Assembly: GCA_905178155.1 (NCBI GenBank) | Contig: CAJINV010000021.1 | Span: 483,530-547,529 of the forward strand | Direction of reading: 5' to 3' | From: Amoebophrya sp. A120 | Lineage: Eukaryota; Protista; Dinoflagellata | Length of the DNA stretch: 64,000 nt | Part shown: positions 50,101 to 59,200 of the stretch, in pieces | Layout: every line of letters begins with the position of its first letter | How positions within the stretch are numbered: position 1 is the first letter of the stretch | Notes under the pieces: generated by a model | Told to the model about the DNA's origin: nothing | Database searches by the model: none | What the model saw: the letters and a program-made list of their open reading frames with translations, nothing else | Made by a program: the position numbers and the translations under genes

Positions 50101-52248
50101 AAACGTGTCTGGGTCTAGAAGACTGCCAGGTTTGTCATGCAGATTCTGTATGATCCATGACGTCGCCCCCTGTGTTGCATGATCTAGCATCACAGATTTT
50201 TCGAGGGCTTCCTAATGCGTATCCCGCAAGAAAAATGCCCTCTCCGCGTAGCACAAACTGGACTCCGTCCTGTTACAGCTACTGGTCATGCAATACAGAT
50301 TTTCATTTTTTTGGAATCCAAAGACAGCACTACAAGTTCTGACCTTCCAGACCCCGACATTTTTGCAAGGCGTAAAAACCGGGAATCGTCGACTTGTCGC
50401 TGCTATGACTTGCAAAACTATCGCACTGGGACTGGCAGCAGTGCTGCCAGTGCGGTAGCAAAAACCGCATTGCAAATTAGTTCAAACTCAGCATGACAAA
50501 TGAAATTGTTATGCTGGTTTAATGTACAGTTATTGTTTGTTTGTTCATATTGGACACACGGAATCCGGGTGAAGGTTTTCTTCTCTCGTGTAATGTACAG
50601 TTATTATTATTGGGTACATTCGAAAGTAGGACATCTGTAGTCATGCATGATTTTTTTTTTTCATCTGTCATGCATGAACATGATTGGGATAAAATTTTCA
50701 GTACGAGAACGATGATGCTTTTGTAGTGCATATCTGATAAAATCTGCGCTACTGCGCAAGGACCGATCTACAGCAGCAAGTCTTTCTCTTACCCCAGCCT
50801 GCCGTCGTTCTTCCAGATATCGCGGGTTGGGGCTGAACAGAGAAACCAGCCAGTCTCTCCACGAGACAGGCTGTATGTCTTCCGGGCTGTTGCGTGAGCT
50901 CAGTAACCGAGCGATGATGTTCGGATGCCCGTCTTCCTCCACGCGTGCTTCTATCGCTACCGGTGAATTCCAGGGTACGTAAGAAGGGGTAAAGTTGATC
51001 GCTGGGTAAAAAGGTATGCCAAGTAAACGCAAGCTGCGAGGAGAACACTTGCAGGCAAGGAGATCTCCGACTACTGGTCTGGCCTCGAGTACGTTTCTGG
51101 AGCACCAAAAACCCTTGTCGAAGCACCACTGCCAGTTGCCACGATATGTAGAAAACCGGTTCGCTTGATGTTCTCCACGCGGGGTTTATCCAGAAAAAAA
51201 ACCCCATCCCCATCCAATTTGTGATGCAAAACATGCAGAAGCTGCAGGGTTTGAAATGCAAAAAATGGATGGGGATGGGTGTTTTTTCCTGGATAGGGTT
51301 CGCTTCCTATTTTTTGCCTCCACGGCGCCGGCATTTTTATTTTTCTCGATTGTTGATGCGGGAGGTCCTCGTGGCTTCTTGTTATCACCGATCATATTAT
51401 CGGTCGCGTCCTCCGCTTGCACGAAGGTAGCACGTGCCCCCACTTCGACAGACATAGTACCAGCCGCGGTTCTTTCCGCGTTGTTCTCGACCGTGTCCTC
51501 CTCGCGTGGTTCATATGAAAGCCTCAGGTTGGAAATTAATACTCAAAGTGGGGTAATGCAAAAAAGCGACTCCAGTCGAAGCAGCATTTCTAGCCGGCGC
51601 ATGACAAAGGTCCCGGGCACTCAAAACGTGTCTGCCATGCTAGGTAGGTAAAGGGGTGCCTTTCTCTCGTGCTAATCAGCGGCCCAATTCTGAACCCGTA
51701 GAAGCACAACGAATAGTCGGCCTCCATTGCGTTCTCTGCAATACAGTCTTTTTGGTGTCGCATTTCATCAGGCACCATCACAAATTATTTTCACTTTGAG
51801 AATTTCCATTCTGAGGCTCTCATAGTCCATCTTCGTGACTTCTGGTTCTGTCGGCCGCAACATCGCTGTCACCATTTTGATCATTTTTGCCGCGTAACCG
51901 AGCCCCAACATCTTCGGGGAGAAACAGGCCAGCGATCGAGATGCAGGTGTGCAAATGCGTGGTCAACGCGATGTATCAAATGTAAAAATGTCTGGGTCTG
52001 GAAGAATTCATGTTTGTCATGCTTGTCTGGCATGACTCTTAAATCTGTCATGCACGTTACCCAAGAGCTCCGTTTTTCTGTGATGCAGAAGCGCTGTTTG
52101 TCATGCAGAATAGGCAACACCTAGGAGCTCAGAAACTTGTCATGCTGAGCCAGCATTTGTAGCCTCATCGACCATGAGACGCCACCCAGCATCACAAGTT
52201 TCCAGACCCAGACATTTTTACATTTGATACGATGGGGGGCGACTTCAT
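47160..52248 (-). CDS. Hypothetical protein, possible signal peptide; at least 10 introners (3' end unresolved)
   Basis: From ATG 52248 (MKSPPIALTTHLHTCISIAGLFLPEDVGARLRG) the frame stays open across 8 consecutive introner excisions to ~48585. A likely 71-nt GT-AG intron (48514-48584) and further exons follow. No family recognised. Confidence 0.65.
47250..47689. mobile_element. Introner, family A (degenerate, with insertions)
   Basis: TATGCATTGCAAATA..TATTTGCACTGCATA; TSD ACACA/AAGCA; flanks join in an open frame (WNVGVWG.WGVQAEIEK). Confidence 0.7.
48254..48494. mobile_element. Introner, family C
   Basis: TATGAGAGTGCACAAC..GTTGTGCACTGTCATA; TSD AGAGG/AGACA. Confidence 0.8.
48606..48853. 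mobile_element. Introner, family B (degenerate)
   Basis: TAT..ATA with TGCAAAGG..GTATCGTACT / GATACTTTTGCA; TSD CTGGG/ATGGC; 253 nt removed. Confidence 0.7.
49093..49378. mobile_element. Introner, family A
   Basis: TSD AGTGC; 291 nt removed. Confidence 0.92.
49395..50050. mobile_element. Large introner, family I (~55-bp TIR plus nested internal inverted repeat)
   Basis: TATAGCGGTAAAATTGGTATTCGTATTCA.. / ..TGAATACGAATACCAATTTTCCCGTTATA; TSD TGCAG; 661 nt removed. Confidence 0.9.
50091..50374. mobile_element. Introner, family A with TAC..GTA termini
   Basis: TSD AAAGC/AAAAC; 289 nt removed gives IPGF|GLGPVD. Confidence 0.87.
50404..50732. mobile_element. Introner, family B (degenerate)
   Basis: TATGACTTGCAAAACTATCGCACT..GCTTTTGTAGTGCATA; TSD GCTGC/TCTGA; 334 nt removed. 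Confidence 0.7.
51187..51295. mobile_element. Smallest introner (109 bp), H-related
   Basis: TATCCAG.AAAAAA..CCCATCCCCATCCA TIR; TSD GGGTT; 114 nt removed. Confidence 0.92.
51514..51824. mobile_element. Introner, family G (TATGA.AGCCTCAG..TGGAAATT TIR)
   Basis: TSD GTTCA/GTCCA; 316 nt removed. Confidence 0.88.
51974..52229. mobile_element. Introner, family A
   Basis: Perfect TIR TATCAAATGTAAAAATGTCTGGGTCTGGAA; TSD CGATG; 261 nt removed. Confidence 0.93.
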
Positions 52249-52727
52249 GATCCCGAGCAACCTCGATGGGGACAAAACGGACACACTGACTTACAGATGA
52301 GACTCGCTGCACAGACAGGGTCAGATCCACAACGACACGCGGTCCCGGATGGAGGATGGCATTCTTGCGGTTTTCTTCATCTCGAGGTGGAGGACGTGCA
52401 ATGACTTGCAACGTACCCAAATACGTCCTTCGACTTCCACTTACGCACGATGAAGAATTCCTGACTTCCTTTAAAAACGCTGAAAATTATTGTGAGAAAA
52501 ATTCATGACGCCTTCAACCACAACAAACGAGAGCGTGCCCCTGTCCTGGTCCTTGTTGGTAAAAGAATTACAGCAGCGAAGAGGAAGACCGCCGATCAAG
52601 AAGACACAGACGCCACACTCTGCTGTTGGCAGGTACCCTCATCAACTCTCACTCTCAATAAATCTCTTAGCAGCTACTTCTGTGGCTCGAGGGACGGCGC
52701 TTGCGCGTCAGACGAAGTCAAAATGTT

Positions 52728-52966
52728 TAGGTTTAAGTGTGCTTCTCAAGAGATTGTAAACAGCATCAGGAGACCGAGACGAGCAGGAACATCAGCAACG
52801 CGGGCGCCTCGGAAGCTGCAACAAAAAAGTATAATTTTAAAACTGATGCGCTCTCGCCGCGTTCGCCACCCTTAATCACTTGTTTGCAAAGGCGTGGTCC
52901 AAGAAGTCACTTGTTTGCAAAGGCGCTGCCAGGTTCTACACGTAGTATTCCAAGAAATCGTCGAAC
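52728..52966. repeat. Dispersed intergenic repeat; parts recur at 63510-63690 and 61976-62034
   Basis: TAGGTTTAAGTGTG.TTCTCAAGAGAT..GTAAACAGCATCAGGAGAC..GGAACATCAGCAACGCGGGCG and CACTTGTTTGCAA.GGCG.TGCCA.GTTCTACACGTAGTATTCCAAGAA. Confidence 0.85.
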
Positions 52967-53295
52967 CTCTCGACAAATAAGTATGTTCAAAGGAAAACGA
53001 AAACTGCAGTAGAAGCGGGTGCTGCAGAGATACGGAGTGTGAAAGTGAATGATAATAAATAATTCGATAAATTAGATGAACGGCAACAAAGTACTAACAT
53101 TAACGGAGCGAGCGTACACAAAGACATAGGAAAACGATAGTGAATCCTGTTTGGGGATTTGGTCAGCACTAAATCTTCGCTCTTAGGTTCTTGTGCCTTC
53201 ATTCACTGGTCCTCATACGCTGCAACGCAGATTCCTGAAACGGAAAAAGTTGGAATCGGATGCGAGCCTGCGGACGTCGACGTGGATTCGACGTT

Positions 53296-56200
53296 TCAGC
53301 AGTTGTGACGCTTCAGGACCTTCATGGCATCTGGCCACTGCAGTCCTGGGTCACATCCAGTCTGCTCTTTGTGCTGCCCGACGAAGATCGGCGGCCCGCC
53401 GCCCCCTGCTTTCCGGACCTGGATCCACTTGCCGTCGCACTTCGTGGTGCACTTTTCGGCGAACTTCACTCGTGGGTTGCTGTGGTCAACGAGGCGCACC
53501 TTGATCAGTGAAAAATTGCGGGGGCGCATCAGCGCAAGTATCCTCCACATGCAGAGCCTTCGGTTACCAGTCCCCGCGAGGAAGAGAGTTTTCGTGCCCG
53601 CTGGAGGATGACAGCCGCCACCTCCTGGTGTGGGGGCGCTCTCGTCGTCAGTTGTTGCGTTCTTCGTGGGTGCAGTTGCCCAGCACACGTCGAGGCAGTC
53701 CAAGGTCGCTGGCGTGTTTTGAGCGACTGCTTGCAGCTGTTCCGCCAGCGAGTCCAGGATGCTCTTGTTTGTCTGCCGTACCGCGCGACCAGAACTCGTG
53801 TCCACGTAGTCCCGGAATTCGGATTTGATCGTGTCATGCGTAAAGTGGACGTCGAGAGGAGAGACCCAGCAGATTGTGCCGAGTTTTGCGGTCTGTGACG
53901 GCAAGCGTGCATACACGTCTGCACCGGTCACCAGGTACCGCGGCACCGTCGTTGCGGAGTCACAGGGCTGGGCACAGACGGGGCAGGTCATGTGCTTCGT
54001 GAGAGGATCGCCTTTCTTCGCTGCGTTTGCTCTTTTCACGGCCAGGTGACCGGTGAAGCACGAGACACAGTGGTTCCACGATTTGCAGGTACAGGTTCGC
54101 TTGCCTTCTAGGATCGGGATGGCTGGAAGAAAGTTCCCGGCGTCAAGCAGCTCGCCGTATGGAATCGCGCAAATCACGCAGCACTCCTCGGCCGTCACCG
54201 TCTGGCAATGGTGAGCCGGCATCTCGTATTGCAGCACCTCGACCAGGCACACCTCGCACGTCAGTTTTGTGAACGGACAGCTCTGTTGGTGCACCGCACG
54301 CTCGTGGAGGGGGCCGCGCCATTTGCAGCAGGCCACGTTCTTTGCATTGGTTTGGCCGCACGAAACTTCTCGAAACTCACACGTCTCCTGCTGGTGCCTC
54401 TCCATCGCAACTGCCTTCACGCGGGCACCGCACTTGCCGCAGGTCTTCATAGCGTAGGCACAGGTGGTCTGCTGATGGTTGTTCAGCTCGCTGGCAGGCA
54501 TGAACTCGCCGCAATCTTGACACATCACCTCACGATTTTCGCATTTTTTCCGATGCCGCTTCAATTTGTCCTTGTTTTGCTGGTCCTCATTGCAGTGCGG
54601 GCATACGAACGCACGCACAGTAGACGTGCTCGCAGCCCCGCAGGTATTCGCAGCTTCCGCTGCGCCCGCTTTGATGCCCTCGAGGCGCGCTAATTCTGCA
54701 CGAAGCAGCGGGATGTCCGTTTCCAGGACACGCCGGAGCTTGGACGTGCCCGGCTCGGCGCTGTTCATGTTCGCCTCGTCGCGCAGAGACAAAGTTTCAA
54801 CGACGGGCTATGAATTGCGAAAGTTGTATCGCACTCGTATACGTTGCAGCCATGCAGATGACAAATACGTTTCCCAACCAGCATTACAAATTCAAATTCC
54901 ACTTTTGTGTTATAGCAAAATTATTTGTAATGCAATAACCCATAGCTACTAGTCGTAGTCCTAGTGCGATACTTTAACTTTTGCAATGCATACGGACTTC
55001 GCTGCCGCAATTTCGACGTTGTCGTCTCCGTCCATTTCGTCCGGTGAAGGGTCGTCCGCATTCGACGCCGCAAGGAGAATGCATGGCGTTCTCAAACGTT
55101 ACATCCATAGCTGCTACACGCTTTGTCATGGAAAATTCCGATCACAATCGACACGATCAAGCTGCTTCGCATAACTAAGTCTCGAATGGCCAAACAGACT
55201 GGGAATCTGTGCCAAATGTGTCACGCAAGACGTCGCGCAAGGCCACGGTCGCTTCCTCACTTTTCCCATTCTTCCATCACAAATTTATGTAACAGTTGAG
55301 AGTGTAACGTTTGAGAATGCCATAGAATGGCGCTCCCGTCGAATTCTTGGAGAAGAGTTTGGATGTTTTCGAGACAAGCGTCCAGACCCTTCTTGTTGTT
55401 CTCCGATACTTTGCAACCCACGTGCAGCGTGTCGCGCATGCGATGTACCTGAGAAAGCCACTCGGAGGAAAGTTGGTTTTTGCGAATTTCGATCGCCTCG
55501 TGCCGCTGGCTCTTCTCCAGTGCGGATTTCGTGTTTTCGACCTGTTCGACCGTCATCTCAGTGCGTAGGCCTGCGTCAAGATCTTCACCGAACTCCTCCC
55601 AGGGATTCCGAACCTCACGGTCGTCAGGAATCAGGTCGGTTTGGTAGTGTGCGAAGTAGGGCACGTCGATGATGTCTTCGTACCGCAAACCGAGCCAGCC
55701 CTTGTGCGCAAGCGCGGGGCGGTCTTCCGGGTTTTCGTTCACCAGGAAGGGATCGCAGCTACCCGTGTCCTTGCCAAGGCCTCTCATGTGGTCTGAAACG
55801 TACAGCGCAAACTGCCCGTTCTCCAGCCGAAGGTCTCGCTTCCACGCCCGGCCGTAGAACGGAATCGCTCGCATGTTTGTGGTGCAGCAGACAACGCTTT
55901 CCTCGAAAGGCGCTGCGTGATTTCGATTTGGTTGATGCGTCCCGCGAGCGCCTCGTCGACCGGCTTGCGACTTTGGTTGCGCCGATTGTCCACGGTGCAC
56001 ATTTTTCTTCTTGTAGCGAATCAGGATTGTTTTTTTCGAGAGCACTCGCTGGAGTTCGGCCAAAGGAGGCACCTTTGGAGGAGGGGCGCCGGCGTCACCT
56101 AGCTCTGATAGGGCGCCGGGACCACGAAACGCAGCGCTGCTGTGGGTGTCAAGTTCCAGCCGATTCATCCACAGCCACGGTTTCATCGGCGGATTTGTGG

Positions 56201-59200
56201 TGACGCCAGCCCACAACGGCCATGCCGTGTCGACATAGTCCGCAGCCTCTCTTGGTGACCCGTGAGTAATTCCGTCTAACAGCTGTTCCTTGGCACCTCT
56301 TGCGGCCTGCATGAGCCGGCTGTGATTCGGGTTGGACCAGGGTTGATTTGCTGAGGCATGCAGGAGAAGTGCCGCCCAGGGGTAGTTTTTCAAGGCCTTT
56401 GCAAACAGAGCAGATATTTCGGCGTCGGGCCTGCCGTCCACAATCGCAACCAGAAGCCGGCTGTAATCTAAACACACATCACTCGTGTCCTTGAAGCTTG
56501 CAGATTCCACTATCTCTCGCACCCCGTCCACGTTCATCTGTTCTGAAGCGATGCGTACTTGCTCGCTCCGGATGCCTTGGTTATCACTGGGGTTCAGGCA
56601 CAGTAAAATGCGAGCCATGCCCAGGGCACTTGTGCCTCCGCGAGCGCTCCGCCCAGCTCGCTCCGCGGTGTCGAGGATGTGCATCATGGTGGCGAGAAGC
56701 CGCAGGAAAGGACGGTTGTCAGGGTGTCCCCAGGGCAGACGGTCGGGAGCGAGTTCGTCGTCTTCATGAAGATTGTTTTCATCTTGTCCTCGCCGCCGGT
56801 CGTCGCCTCGGTCTCGTCCTTGAGTGTCAACTACAACATCGCGACCCCCGCCAGCACTTCGACGCGCTGCTTCGTATGCGGCCTTCCACTTCTCGTTCGC
56901 TGCGCACCCAATCTCGATGCCCGCCTCGGCTTTGGCGATCGCTGATTCAAAAGACTCGGAAGCGGGCAACAATCGAGCCCCACCAGCACCTGCTGCGGAT
57001 ATCGTTTCGTGGTATTCTACAGCTGCAAGTACTCCATACGCGCCCACGCAATCGGGATAGACGTTCAGCGCTTCCTCTGCAAGGGCGCGACGGCGCGGCA
57101 GGGAGGTGTCGTGCCCGATGTAGTGGTAGTACAGCATCTTGGGCCGACCATAGTCTCCCAGCGCGACGGCCTCCTCGATGAGCCGGGTTGCGGTCACCTC
57201 TGGCGCAACTTCGATTGGTTCGTCGCCGATAACTTCACGCAGCATCTTTTTCTCCAGGTAGCGCAGAAGACCCGACGTCTCCAGTGGTGGCATCACACGG
57301 TCGTAAAACTCCTTGTTGAGCATAGCTTGCAGGACCGAGCCAGCGGCGTCTGTCGTGCCAGGTGGACTAGTTCCAGCAGCTGCACCAACGTCAACAACAT
57401 CCAGCAGCCGCGGATATCGCTGCAGTGCTTCCCAGACATTTCTAACGTGGAAAAACAGTCCGTGTGACAAGATTCCGATGTGTTGGTCTTCCATTCCCAT
57501 AGCCATGCGCGCAAAAGGGTCCTCCTGGCTGCTTGCGTTTGCACGAGTTTTTTCCGCAGCTTTGAACACCTTCACCAGTGGCTTTACGAGGGATAAAACA
57601 GTCCGCGGCGAAGCGCTCTGACAGATGGCCAGGATTGCCGCCATCGCACTGCCTTTCGCATCGTCGTTGCCTCTACTACTTCCTCCTTTTCCGAGCCGGG
57701 CCGCGTTGCGCATTTCTTGATGACGCCCTGCCGGATCGAACATATGATCATTTTGTTTCAGAACGCCGTCGATCCCTCCGTCAATAAGGATTCTCTCATG
57801 AAGGAGCGGCGCCGAAGCAAATAGTGGCGTAGTCGCGTTCTGGGTGCTGCCACTGCTGCTGGATGAAGTAGATGCTGCAGCTCCTGTGTATGGAGTTTCC
57901 TCCATCCAATGGCAAGCGGCTCCACCGACGATGCGTGCAGCAATTTTGGCTAACCGGGACCGAATGTCGCTCGGTGACAGAAGTGCGCAGTGCGTAGCAA
58001 GGGGTCCAGTGTTCATCACAGTGTTGGCAGCCTGCAGCGCGAAGTTATCGTCTGCCGTGCGGAGGAGGCTGCAGTGCGGTTTTGCCTGTGCCGCCCACTC
58101 CATTGCCTTCTGGATGCTACCCATCATATCATTTTTGAAGGGGAACATCTGGGAGATAACCACGAAGCGGTCGCACGGCGGGGGAAAAATTTTCTGCAGT
58201 TCCGCCAATGGAAGGTAATAGCGCGAAGTCGACGTCGCAGCGGACACGGCGGTATGGAAATTAGAATTTCCCGTAGTTGATTGTAGTGTACTAGAAGCTG
58301 AAGCTGGTGTCGTATCTTCAGGTCCAATCTCCCTTAGCTGCGGTGGAGCGAGTTTTGTAGCTGCTGCTCCGTTCGTTGTACTGCGAGATGAAGCATGGCC
58401 TTTCGTGGCGAGACTTAGTTGATAAGCTGCGCCGCCCTTCCCCTTCGCGACACTGCCTGGCTCAGTTGTACTTCCGGACTGTAGCACCTCCCCTGTTGGA
58501 CGTCTAGTAGAGACAAAAATGTCATGTTTCGCCGTCCTCACCGACATCCGGCTATCCACTGGGTTAATCAAGTAGCAATCGCGTTCGCCCGTCCCCCATC
58601 CGGCGTGCACAAGAAGGTAGACGCAATTATGCTGGTCAATCCTGAGTCCTTCCACGTATGCGCGGTTGTGAAAGCGCTTCAAATCGCGCAGCCAAGAAAC
58701 TTTGAGGAAGTTGTCCTGCAGTTGCTCCACCGCGTGTTTGAGTTGTGACAGATTTTCACCAAGAACGCCCACGACGCCGGTCGCAAACGAGTTCAGCTTT
58801 TGCGCCGTTTCCGAAACGGTGCTTTGCAGTCGCGCGGCCATGCGTGACACCATTTTAATTGGATTCCCGAGAAAGCCGAGCGCGAGCCTACCCGTTGAGC
58901 GTTCACTCCAGGCGAACACGAGGTCTCCGGAAGCGGTCACGGTCACGGCGTGCATTGGCGGAGGATGGGCTGTCGTGTGCCGGCCTGCAATCCTGTCCCG
59001 CAACCAGGCAGCGAGGTCAGGACACTCGGACTCGTCCTTGATGCTCACAAGGAGGAGCCTCTGGAGCTCGAGCACTTCCCCACTTGCAAAATCGAACAGG
59101 GGCCATAACCTATGCGAATCTGCGAAAAACGCCGGGGACCCGCACGGCAGAAACACACAGCCTTGTGTATTGCAGATATCGTCAAAGGAATCGGCGTCGG

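Noticed and set aside
23700-52229. Recurring peptides KCK.VWVWK and FQTQT.LH in many short ORFs as a protein family
   Set aside because: They are the two strands of the family A TIR, not coding sequence.
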